From an uncultured Spirochaetia bacterium (lineage in GTDB: Bacteria; Oederibacteriota; PGYV01), in NCBI GenBank assembly GCA_964417645.1, contig CAYQIS010000001.1, positions 104,418-168,417 on the forward strand: 64,000 nucleotides of DNA. The letters run 5' to 3'. The translations under genes and the position numbers were made by a program. The notes under the pieces were generated by a model. That model was given only the letters and a program-made list of their open reading frames with translations, made no database searches and was not told where the DNA came from. Each line of letters begins with the position of its first letter. The first letter of the stretch is position 1. Positions 18,782-27,303 of this stretch are shown one piece after another.

Positions 18782-21700
18782 TTTATCAGGTACACCTTGC
18801 CTTTTTCTTCTTCTCCGCGCTCGGGTCTGATAATATAATAATACACTCCGGGGGCTGTTTTCTCCCCTGCTTTATTTCTTCCGTTCCATTCAACCCTGCC
18901 GGATACACCCTTTGCCTCAAACATTACAAAGCCCTCAATATTATATATCGTTACATCAGCAGGCGCAGGAAGCAGTATTTTTAAAGTGCCGCCGTGAGAC
19001 TTTTCCCTGTCATACGGGTTAGGATATACAAGAATCTGCTGAATGGGTGTCTGTGTTGGGGTTACGGTTGGTGATACAGTCCAAGTTTGTGTGATAGTCC
19101 AGGTTTGTGTAATTGTCCATGTCTGTGTTATCGTCCATGTTGGCGTTATAGTGGGAGTATTTGTCTGTGTTGATGTCTGTGTATTTGTACCGGTTGCCGT
19201 TGATGTTGGGGTGCCGGTTGCCGTGGGTGTTACCGTAGGCGTCCAAGTAACCGTAACAGTGGGCGTGGACGTACCCGTAACAGTTCGTGTAGCTGTCTGC
19301 GTGTTTGTTTCGGTTACGGTTGGCGTTGATGTTTTGGTTACAGTCTGAGTGACGGAATATGTGTAAGTAATTGTTATTGTAGGTGTTACGGTTGCCGTAT
19401 GCACGGGCGTTATTGTGTGTGTCTTGGTAATTGTATGCGTTTCTGTGATTGTGGGGGAATGCGTGTGCGTCTGGGTTATTGTAAAAGACATTGTTTGAGT
19501 GGCAGTGGGCGTTACAGTGCCTGTAACCGTTTCAGTTGCAGTCTGTGTTATTGTCTGTGTTGCAGTCTGTGTTATTGTCTGTGTTGCAGTTGAAGTGTTT
19601 GTTCTTGTGACAGTCTGGGTTATTGTTTCCGTGGCAGTCTTTGTTGCGGTGCGTGTTACGGTTTCTGTCACAGTCTGCGTGCTTGTCCTTGTCACTGTTT
19701 GTGTGTTTGTTTCGGTTGCGGTTTGTGTGCTTGTCCTTGTCACTGTCTCTGTTGCAGTCTGAGTTGCGGTTCTCGTTATGGTTCCCGTAACTGTTTCGGT
19801 TGCGGTCTGTGTTATTGTCCTGGTTGCCGTTGGTGTTGAAGTCTGTGTAATTGTACGCGTAACGGTTGCCGTTACTGTAGGTGTTGCCGTAAATGTGGGC
19901 GGGTCAATGACAAGTATCTGGTTGCTTGTTCCCGCCTTGCCCGAATCAAGCGTGTCTTTGGCGGTAATTGAAACCATGCCAAGGGTTCCAAATGTTATTC
20001 CCGTAAACTGTTTTACACCAAGATCTCCCGCTGTGAATGTATAATCCGCGGGAAGTGATGCAAGCGTATCATTTGATGTAAAGTGTATTGTGCCGGTATA
20101 ATTTGTGACAGTTTGATTATATGCATCTTTTGCCCTTACTATTATACTGTAAAGATTCTGATACGGTCCGTAAGAACGGTAAGCCGTTGACGGCGCGGTA
20201 ATTGAAAAACTTATTGAAGGCTGTGATGTTATCACTCCGGAATATCCAGTATCATCCGGGTTTGCCATTGTTGCCGTCACCACATGACCAAGCCCTGAAA
20301 CAATGGACATTAAAAGGTCTGTTGTGATTCTGCCGTTTGAATCTGTCACCCCGCTCTGCGGGTTAACAGAACCGTAATTTGTGCTGAAAGTAACGGGAAT
20401 ATTTGCAATCGCCTGAGGTATGCCGTCCTGATCCACAACATATGCCGTAATCCTTACATAAGAACCTGCAGGAGCTGATGTGGCTGACGGAGGAGACACC
20501 TTTATATAATAACCGGTGCTGATATTAAGAGTGTTTCCCGAAGCAGCAAGAACAGGCGATGCGCTTGTTTCCTGTATTCGCATTATATTCTGTCCAACAT
20601 AATGGGATTTAATATATACCACGGCCTGCCCGCTTGCATTAAGATTAAAGTTAAGGCTGTTTGACCAGCTGTTCATATCCGTCGAATAAAGCACATGCGC
20701 TGTTGCTGTTGCCGGGCTTACGGTATAAATGTTAAGCCCAAAATGGCCAGTTGTTGGCGGCACATTATATCCGGCAGCATCAACAGAACTTACGTTTAAT
20801 ATGCCTATCTTATCGGCTCCGATAGACATCGGGTTCGGAACCGCCTGTATCCTTGTTGCGGCGCTTGCCGATGATATTGTAATTGTTGTTCCAAGCAATC
20901 CGCTTGAATTTATGACACAGTAATTAAGGCTTCCGGTGGTTGAGGTGCTGGTTCTGTACCATGCCGTAATCTGCCCGTTCTCAAGGGTGTTTCCCGAAGT
21001 CGGCGTTACAAAACTTGGAGCTTTTCCTGATTGTACATAGGCCGCAAAAGTTACATCCTTGTTATTGACAGGGTTCCCGTAAAGGTCCGTTACCTTAGCT
21101 GTCAGTGTCACCCACTGCCCCGCCCCTACGGCATAAAGATTTGACCACGCGCTAAGATATGCGGGGGAATTTGCAATTGTAGTCGGATATGCCTTGCCGT
21201 CCGCAAGCACTGATGCATTATCATGAGCGGTTATTGTTACAAATTTTGCCATTACCGTATCTTTATAGTACAAATAAGAAGTCCCGCTTGCAAGAGTTGT
21301 ATTTATTGTTGTAAACCAGTTAATTCCATCCGTTGAAAAACGCATTGTTGGTGAAACTGAAGAGATATTTACACTTGCGTTCGAAGATGCGTCAACTGTG
21401 CCGTTCTTTGCCTGTACCCTGATTTGTACCGGCTCCCCTGCTTTCGCGGTGGGGGAAACAGGGGTAATTGCAAGAGATGTTGCCGGCATGTCCGCAACAT
21501 AAACCATTGCAGTGCCGGTAAGCAGAGTATAAGCGTATCCTTTTATCTGGGCATTAACCGCCTGACTGTCCTTTACAAGAATTGAATTTTGGATCGCACC
21601 GCTTAAAACAAGCGTTGGAGACCATGTTACACCGTTGTTTGAACTGAACAAACTTGTGGCCGAATCTGATGTAATCGTAATTCCGCGCGCATCGGACACA

Positions 21701-24700
21701 AAATTGCCGTTTATGTCTTCAAGACGCACAAGCAAAGTTCCCGGAACATTTGTCTGAACGCTTAAATCAGAAGGCGTAATCTTAACTCTGCTGGCAGCAA
21801 GAGGCGAAAAATTAATTGATATGCTCTTGCTCATATGGCTTAAATATGCGGTAATTTGAGAAGATCCCGAAGCCGTTGAACTTATCCTTGCATAAGCATA
21901 ACCTTTCCAGTCTGTTATTGCTTTGGAGTTTCCGCTTACAGTCAAAGGAATTACTGTATCCGAGCTTCTGTTTGAAACAAAATCAATAAGCGCACCATAA
22001 ACAGGGTTTCCGTCCGGCCTTATCACACGCGCGGCAACCGTAATGTTGCTGTAGCCGTCGGCTGGAACCGATGTTGAAGGATTAGCCGAAAGTATCATGT
22101 CTTTTAAAATGAAAATGTAGTCGTCCTGTTCAAGGGAGTTCCAGGAAGCGCCAAAAGTAACGCTGGAATAAGTCATCCCGTTAATCGGCATCACATTGTT
22201 ATCGCTGAATATATTAATTTTAACAATACCAGCGGAATCGGTAAATCTTAAATTGTCATAAATTGCATTAAATGTACCCCGCATATTTGAAGCGGCGCCG
22301 TTAAAGCCAAAGTTCCCGGTATCCTGAGACAGGAAGAATTCTCTTTCATACATGCCTCCAAGACGGCTCATATCAAAACGTCTCTTATACCATTTTCCTC
22401 TTGCATAAGCGCTTATATCCATTGAAGGGTGTATTCTTATTGCATTCTGGTCAATTATATACTGCTGTGTTGCCTGTCCAAAATCCCTGTAATTGTCAAC
22501 ATAAGGCGATGGTATTGTAGCTCCTCTTCTGTCATTTTCTATCGAACAATAAAAACTTGAACTGTAATTCGGTATGAAGACATCATATTCAAGATAATAG
22601 TTGTTCGGAATCTGATGCACGTACCTTGATACGGAAAGATATGTAAACATATAGGTGTTTGCCGTAGGAAGATATGAAGTAAGAAGCATTGGCTGGCTGT
22701 ACTGTCCGCCGGTTCCCGAAACAACAATGTTGTTGCTTGTTCCGTTCACTGCAGGGTTTACGGTGTCGGTTCCCACTATCGTATAAGTTCCGGAACTGTT
22801 AATTGTCGCGGAGAATATCCTGCTGCCGTAATCCGTGGATACAAAAGTATAATCTGGAGGCAGGCTTGCCGTTGCTCCCGTGGTAAAATGTATTGTACCC
22901 GTATAGTTTTCAACTATATTCTCATAAGCATCTTTTACCGTAACGACAAAATTAAAGCTTACTCCCATATTTGCGCTAAGCGGTGCGGTTATATCATAGT
23001 GATTGGGCGCTCCTGCAATAACATTTATGCCGTTACTGGTACCGTTAATCGAAGGCGTAACGATATCGCGCGCAGATATTGTCTGTATGCCTTTTGTGCG
23101 CAACTGAACGGGTAAAATTTTACTGCCGGCATCAGAAAGCGTAAAAACAGTATCCGACGGCAAAATCGCATTGGTATCAGTTGAAGTGAACCCCACTGTT
23201 CCGGTATATCCGGTTACAACATTATTATAAGCATCCTTCGCGGTAACCGTAATGAATATCGTCTGCCCTGCGGCTGCGGTTGCAGGCGCTTCAATTGTAA
23301 AACTTACCGCATTTCCTGTTGTAAGGTTAATATTTGCATTTCCCGGAGTCAGCACTCCGTCAGATGCGGTAATTGTCTTTAACCCGGTGTTGTTAATCTG
23401 AACCCTGAACCAGCTTACACCGCCCTCACTTCCGTCAAAAACATATGATGACGGGTCAAACCAATACGAGAGCGCGTTAGAAGTCATATTTACCGTGCCT
23501 GTATAAAGCGGATAAACAAAATCTCCGTAAGATATCGGGGCTTTTGCTCTTACAGTCACATAAAATGGCACGCCGGCTATCTGCTGGGGGGTTGCTATTA
23601 TTTCAAGATGATCCGCATACATTGTTGCGGTTGCAGTTGGGCTTGCGGTTGCGGTTGCTGTTCTTGTAACAGTTGGCGTCACTGTTTGGGTTACTGACGG
23701 CGTTGAAGTCGGTGTTGATGTCCTTGTTACAGTCGGGGTTACAGTTGATGTTACAGTGCCCGTTGCAGTGCGGGTAACCGTGGGCGTGTTTGTCGGCGTG
23801 TTTGTGGCTGTTACCGTTGGGGTTACGGTTCCTGTTGCCGTTCCTGTTGCCGTACGGGTGATTGTTGCAGTAACAGTTGCGGTTGCAGTATTGGTTATTG
23901 TTGCAGTAACAGTCGGGGTTGCAGTTCGCGTTGCGGTTAAGGTTATCGTGAAAGTTATAGTTGATGTTACTGTTTGTGTAACAGTACGGGTAACTGTCTG
24001 TGTTGCTGTCTGTGTATTAGTGGGCGTAACCGTGGATGTTACGGTCTGTGTAACTGTAGGTGTGATTGTCTGCGTGCTCGTAAGGGTTATTGTGCTGGTC
24101 TGTGTAACCGTTTGTGTTACTGTCTGTGTATTTGTAGCGGTTGACGTCCTTGTAACCGAAGGAGTTGCCGTCGGAGTTGATGTTTCAGTAACTGTTCTTG
24201 TTACAGTAGGGGTTGATGTTTCTGTTGCGGTCCTTGTTATCGTTGCAGTGACTGTTTCCGTATTTGTAAGTGTAATCGACGGGGTTATACTTGGAGTTGG
24301 TGTGTCCGTATGTGTTTGTGTAATCGTTGCGGTATTCGTAAAAGTGGGGGTTATCGAAAAAGTTGGTGTAATGGTATACGTCGGTGCGGGGTATTCCGTA
24401 TAATTAATTGTTATACTGTTTATAAACGGAGATACAAAATTGTCATAAGTCCGCAGCATTGCTTTCCAAAGTATATCCTGCCCTTTATCAGAAGGCCTTG
24501 AATCAAAATGAACGCCGATTCCCGGCGTCACCTGTATCCAAGTGGTTCCGTTATTGCTTGAAATATAATAAGCTATCTCCTGCCCGTTTAAAGTATCTGA
24601 CGCATTAAGTGTAATTGACATGTAGTTTGCAAACCAATGCGCAACAGACACGGACTGAAGCCATCCTGGCGAAGTGTACGCCGCTCCGTAAATATTCAAT

Positions 24701-26712
24701 TTTGCCCTTGCGCCGGCAATAACCCAGCTTTCACCGTTAAATGTCACGGTATTAATTTGTGATGCGCCAAAATTTTCAAGCTGAGAGGTCACGTCAGTTA
24801 TAATCGCTTCGCCGTCGGTTATACTGTATATTTTCCCCGAACCTCCCGCAACATACCATTTATCCAAATTATTGTCATAATCTATTCCGTATATGTTGTT
24901 TGCTCCCATACCCGAAAGAGTTATCTGATTCCATCCTGTCCAGTCAAAAAGAAAAAGTTTTCCGCTGTCACAGCCAACAAGTATTTTGGCAAAACCCGAA
25001 TCCTGCCCGTCCCATTCAACTACATTTATACCTGTTGTGCCTCCACCTGCATAAAAGTAATCATTTGACAAATCCTGAAATATTCCGCCGGACGGTGTAT
25101 AGCTTGCAACATTTCCGCCTGCGCCGCCTATTATCCATTTATTATTGGAATTTCCCCACCATGCAGCGGCCTTAACGGCAGCGCCGCTGTCCCAGCCTGA
25201 CGCAACAAGATCCGCGCTCCTGTCCGTATAATTATGCCCATTTGCGCTTGTTGCAATTTTATTGTTGTCTCCTCCCACAAGCCACTCGCTGCCGTTCCAT
25301 TTTATTACATTTACGGCATTTGTTCCAAAGCCAAGCTCCGTTGTCTTTGATGTAAAAGAAACGCCGTCATATGCGGCTATTTTCCCGCCCTGCCCGCCAA
25401 TCAGCCAGTATGTTCCATTCCAGGCAATCGCCAAAACTCTGGATGTGCCAAAACCAAGGCTTGTTTTAAGATCGGTAAAAGTGTTTGTTGCCTGATCGTA
25501 TTTGTTAAGGCAGCCGTCATCTCCTCCAAGCAGCCAGTAACTGCCGTTCCAGCCCGAACAGTTTATGGGCTGAAAACCAAAATCCTTTACATTATCGGTA
25601 AGTTCGTTGTTAACCGGCGAATCAACACCGCCGGTTCTGTTCATAAGTCTGGCATTTAATCCGCCTATAAAATTGTTTGTTCCGTCTGTTTCTATGGCGT
25701 AAATATTGTCATTTGAAAAGAAAGCAGGGTTGGTCTGCATATAGTATGTGTTAAGATCAGTGCTTGTATAAAGCCTTGTTGTTGATCCGTCCTGCCCGCC
25801 TATCATCCAATAGCTTCCGTTATGCCGTATAGAGTAAACCCAGGACAAATTTGAAAGCGAGCTGTAAGTGAAAGACGAGCCGTTATACTTCATTATCCTG
25901 GATGAACCTCCGCCTATTGCCCATGTACTCCCGTTCCATTCAAGCGCGTATATGTCAATTGCTCCGCCTGCGGCCGTCTGAAAATCAGAAGATAAATTTG
26001 TAAAAGTTGTGCCGTCATACCTTACAAGCCTTCCGCCCGTGCCCGCTATTAAAAAGTAACTGCCGTTCCACTTTATTGCCCTTATTGAATTTGTTCCAAA
26101 AGCCGAAGTAAAATTGGAATTGTTTATAAGAGACCAGGTTGTGCCGTCAAAACTGTTTAATTTGCCTCCCGCTCCGCCAATCAGCCAAAATTGTGTGGGG
26201 GTGTCTTTATACGCAATTGCATAAATATCAACACCGCCCCAGCCAACCAGATTTGATGTATAATCAATCCAAGTGCTGTCTCCGTTCCACCTTTTAAGCA
26301 CCCCGCCATATCCGCCCACAAGCCAATATGAACCGTTGCAGTAAGCGGCAAAAATGTCATTATCAAAACCGGCTTCCGAAGTCTTATTAATATAAACAGA
26401 ACCGTTATACCTGTTTATTTTTCCGTTTCTTCCGGCAATAAGCCAGTTTCCCGCGTTTTGATGAATTGTGTATATCGCTCCGCCCCAGTTCTGAACTCCT
26501 GTTGTTTCGGCGAACCTATTGCCACGAAGCAGTGCGCCGCGATGATTTGTGGTGTCCCAATTTGCGGTTGTATTTGAAGCGTCTTTATAAGTATTGTCAT
26601 TAAAATTTTCAGTATATGTTCCGGTTGCCGCAAAGGAATTTACAAATAATAAAAGTAAAAAAAAGAAAATCCACGCCCCACTGTAAATCTTTAAACGTAA
26701 ATGCCGCATCAT
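18778..26712 (-). CDS. giant secreted multidomain surface protein (2,644 aa): 14-blade propeller repeats, Big-like Ig domains, two TxT tracts, T9SS-type C-terminal sorting domain
   Basis: Signal peptide (MMRHLRLKIYSGAWIFFFLLLLFVNSFAATG). About 14 repeats of 45 aa with core W-N-G-S-x-W-L-I-G-G-x-G-G-K-I. Big_1/Big_2-like motifs (AKDAYNNVVTGYTGTVGFTS; ADGYSNITVAARVIRPDGNPVYGALIDF). Tracts with Thr at every second position at aa 777-1030 and 2272-2556. The C-terminal 88 aa (YPNPYDREKSHGGTLKILLPAPADVTIYNIEGFVMFEAKG…WNGRNKAGEKTAPGVYYYII…KVYLIK) match Por_Secre_tail / FlgD-Ig-like consensus. Own RBS (GGAG) and a TATAAT-like box upstream. Confidence 0.85.
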   Translation of the reverse strand: MMRHLRLKIYSGAWIFFFLLLLFVNSFAATGTYTENFNDNTYKDASNTTANWDTTNHRGALLRGNRFAETTGVQNWGGAIYTIHQNAGNWLIAGRNGKINRYNGSVYINKTSEAGFDNDIFAAYCNGSYWLVGGYGGVLKRWNGDSTWIDYTSNLVGWGGVDIYAIAYKDTPTQFWLIGGAGGKLNSFDGTTWSLINNSNFTSAFGTNSIRAIKWNGSYFLIAGTGGRLVRYDGTTFTNLSSDFQTAAGGAIDIYALEWNGSTWAIGGGSSRIMKYNGSSFTYSSLSNLSWVYSIRHNGSYWMIGGQDGSTTRLYTSTDLNTYYMQTNPAFFSNDNIYAIETDGTNNFIGGLNARLMNRTGGVDSPVNNELTDNVKDFGFQPINCSGWNGSYWLLGGDDGCLNKYDQATNTFTDLKTSLGFGTSRVLAIAWNGTYWLIGGQGGKIAAYDGVSFTSKTTELGFGTNAVNVIKWNGSEWLVGGDNNKIATSANGHNYTDRSADLVASGWDSGAAVKAAAWWGNSNNKWIIGGAGGNVASYTPSGGIFQDLSNDYFYAGGGTTGINVVEWDGQDSGFAKILVGCDSGKLFLFDWTGWNQITLSGMGANNIYGIDYDNNLDKWYVAGGSGKIYSITDGEAIITDVTSQLENFGASQINTVTFNGESWVIAGARAKLNIYGAAYTSPGWLQSVSVAHWFANYMSITLNASDTLNGQEIAYYISSNNGTTWIQVTPGIGVHFDSRPSDKGQDILWKAMLRTYDNFVSPFINSITINYTEYPAPTYTITPTFSITPTFTNTATITQTHTDTPTPSITPSITLTNTETVTATITRTATETSTPTVTRTVTETSTPTATPSVTRTSTATNTQTVTQTVTQTSTITLTSTQTITPTVTQTVTSTVTPTNTQTATQTVTRTVTQTVTSTITFTITLTATRTATPTVTATITNTATATVTATITRTATGTATGTVTPTVTATNTPTNTPTVTRTATGTVTSTVTPTVTRTSTPTSTPSVTQTVTPTVTRTATATASPTATATMYADHLEIIATPQQIAGVPFYVTVRAKAPISYGDFVYPLYTGTVNMTSNALSYWFDPSSYVFDGSEGGVSWFRVQINNTGLKTITASDGVLTPGNANINLTTGNAVSFTIEAPATAAAGQTIFITVTAKDAYNNVVTGYTGTVGFTSTDTNAILPSDTVFTLSDAGSKILPVQLRTKGIQTISARDIVTPSINGTSNGINVIAGAPNHYDITAPLSANMGVSFNFVVTVKDAYENIVENYTGTIHFTTGATASLPPDYTFVSTDYGSRIFSATINSSGTYTIVGTDTVNPAVNGTSNNIVVSGTGGQYSQPMLLTSYLPTANTYMFTYLSVSRYVHQIPNNYYLEYDVFIPNYSSSFYCSIENDRRGATIPSPYVDNYRDFGQATQQYIIDQNAIRIHPSMDISAYARGKWYKRRFDMSRLGGMYEREFFLSQDTGNFGFNGAASNMRGTFNAIYDNLRFTDSAGIVKINIFSDNNVMPINGMTYSSVTFGASWNSLEQDDYIFILKDMILSANPSTSVPADGYSNITVAARVIRPDGNPVYGALIDFVSNRSSDTVIPLTVSGNSKAITDWKGYAYARISSTASGSSQITAYLSHMSKSISINFSPLAASRVKITPSDLSVQTNVPGTLLVRLEDINGNFVSDARGITITSDSATSLFSSNNGVTWSPTLVLSGAIQNSILVKDSQAVNAQIKGYAYTLLTGTAMVYVADMPATSLAITPVSPTAKAGEPVQIRVQAKNGTVDASSNASVNISSVSPTMRFSTDGINWFTTINTTLASGTSYLYYKDTVMAKFVTITAHDNASVLADGKAYPTTIANSPAYLSAWSNLYAVGAGQWVTLTAKVTDLYGNPVNNKDVTFAAYVQSGKAPSFVTPTSGNTLENGQITAWYRTSTSTTGSLNYCVINSSGLLGTTITISSASAATRIQAVPNPMSIGADKIGILNVSSVDAAGYNVPPTTGHFGLNIYTVSPATATAHVLYSTDMNSWSNSLNFNLNASGQAVVYIKSHYVGQNIMRIQETSASPVLAASGNTLNISTGYYIKVSPPSATSAPAGSYVRITAYVVDQDGIPQAIANIPVTFSTNYGSVNPQSGVTDSNGRITTDLLMSIVSGLGHVVTATMANPDDTGYSGVITSQPSISFSITAPSTAYRSYGPYQNLYSIIVRAKDAYNQTVTNYTGTIHFTSNDTLASLPADYTFTAGDLGVKQFTGITFGTLGMVSITAKDTLDSGKAGTSNQILVIDPPTFTATPTVTATVTRTITQTSTPTATRTITQTATETVTGTITRTATQTATETVTRTSTQTATETNTQTVTRTSTQTVTETVTRTATKTATETITQTVTRTNTSTATQTITQTATQTITQTATETVTGTVTPTATQTMSFTITQTHTHSPTITETHTITKTHTITPVHTATVTPTITITYTYSVTQTVTKTSTPTVTETNTQTATRTVTGTSTPTVTVTWTPTVTPTATGTPTSTATGTNTQTSTQTNTPTITPTWTITQTWTITQTWTITQTWTVSPTVTPTQTPIQQILVYPNPYDREKSHGGTLKILLPAPADVTIYNIEGFVMFEAKGVSGRVEWNGRNKAGEKTAPGVYYYIIRPERGEEEKGKVYLIK
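18781..19044 (-). other. T9SS-type C-terminal sorting domain (CTD) of the giant protein
   Basis: YPNP…hydrophobic strand…IYNIEG…WNG.N..G…GVYYY…K…L.K matches the type-A T9SS CTD (TIGR04183-like) pattern. Confidence 0.6.
19045..19899 (-). repeat. coding low-complexity tract: about 285 codons of alternating Thr (T-x-T-x), ending in WTITQT x4
   Basis: Translation of the minus strand gives PTFTATPTVTATVTRTITQTSTPTATRT…WTITQTWTITQTWTITQTWTVSPTVTPTQTP. On the plus strand it shows as a periodic GT-rich (gtN) run. The V-x-V shadow ORFs 19043..19348, 19499..19762 and 19778..20044 are artefacts of this. Confidence 0.85.
23623..24385 (-). repeat. coding low-complexity tract: about 254 codons of alternating Thr (T-x-T-x)
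   Basis: PTYTITPTFSITPTFTNTATITQTHTDTPTPSITPSITLTNTETVTATITRTATETSTPTVT…ATATASPTATAT. The plus-strand shadow ORF 23756..24403 (V-x-V) is an artefact of this. Confidence 0.85.
24640..26500 (-). repeat. about 14 tandem protein-level repeats of 45 aa (beta-propeller blades) in the giant protein N-terminus
   Basis: Recurrent units such as IYAIAWNGSYWLIGGQGGKIAAYDGVSFTS, AIKWNGSYFLIAGTGGRLVRYDGTTFTN and CSGWNGSYWLLGGDDGCLNKYD. 14 units is consistent with two 7-bladed propellers. Confidence 0.6.
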
Positions 26713-26772
26713 TTAAAACTCCGTTTATTCCGCCCCTTAAATAATTATATCAAAAAAAACGGTTAAATAAAA

Positions 26773-27303
26773 TCAATTTTTATAAGCCATACCTTCAAAA
26801 AAAGCTTTTTTATTTATCTCAAATGCATCGCATTTACCGCCAAGCATTTCATTCATAACCTTTAATGCGGCATCAACATTTAAAATTTTCTTTACATTAA
26901 AATAAGCTCCCGCGGCAACGATATTCATTGCCTTAACAAAATTTATTTTTTTTGCTATATCAGCCGCAGGAATCATCATTATATTACCTTTTATGAACGG
27001 CGTTTTGTTAATTATTGAAGAATTTATTATACTTATGGTTTTGTCCGTTGCCTTTTGGCCAAAAGTTTCCAGTGCCCTGTTGTCAAAACAAATCAGGGTG
27101 TCCGGTCTTTCAACAACAGGCGAAAATATTTCACCGTCCGATATAACTATCTGACAAAAAGAAAACCCGCCCCGTTTTTCCGCGCCATAAGACGGCAGCC
27201 ACGTTGTGTGAAGCCCCTGTTCTATGGCTGTTCTTGAAAGGAATATTCCGAGGGTCAAAACTCCCTGCCCGCCCGAACCTGCTATTATTATTTTATCTTC
27301 CAT
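26773..27303 (-). CDS. 2-oxoacid:ferredoxin oxidoreductase gamma subunit
   Basis: MEDKIIIAGSGGQGVLTLGIFLS… is the POR/KOR gamma N-terminus. 176 aa. Confidence 0.8.
   Translation of the reverse strand: MEDKIIIAGSGGQGVLTLGIFLSRTAIEQGLHTTWLPSYGAEKRGGFSFCQIVISDGEIFSPVVERPDTLICFDNRALETFGQKATDKTISIINSSIINKTPFIKGNIMMIPAADIAKKINFVKAMNIVAAGAYFNVKKILNVDAALKVMNEMLGGKCDAFEINKKAFFEGMAYKN

Noticed and set aside
19045-19899. Possible CRISPR-like or tandem-repeat array suggested by strong short-period repetition in the DNA
   Set aside because: The periodicity is 3 to 6 nt, from codon-level repetition of T-x-T. It is not 28-37-nt repeats separated by unique spacers. The region is continuously coding in one frame. 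No CRISPR array or cas genes were seen anywhere in the window.
19043-20044. Plus-strand ORFs 19043..19348, 19499..19762 and 19778..20044 encoding V-x-V-rich peptides (MGVCVGVTVGDTVQV…)
   Set aside because: They are antisense shadows of the minus-strand TxT-coding tract. The periodic gtN composition keeps several frames open. They have no RBS or start context and lie fully inside a well-supported 2,644-aa gene.
23756-24403. Plus-strand 215-aa ORF MPVAVRVTVGVFVGV…
   Set aside because: Same artefact: the antisense strand of the internal TxT tract of the giant gene.
18778-26712. Considered an ice-binding or antifreeze-like TxT beta-solenoid interpretation of the Thr-alternating tracts
   Set aside because: Antifreeze TxT arrays are short and regularly spaced within a solenoid repeat of fixed length. 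Here the alternation is continuous for more than 250 residues without a solenoid period, which is more consistent with an extended glycosylated stalk. I mention it only as a caveat.
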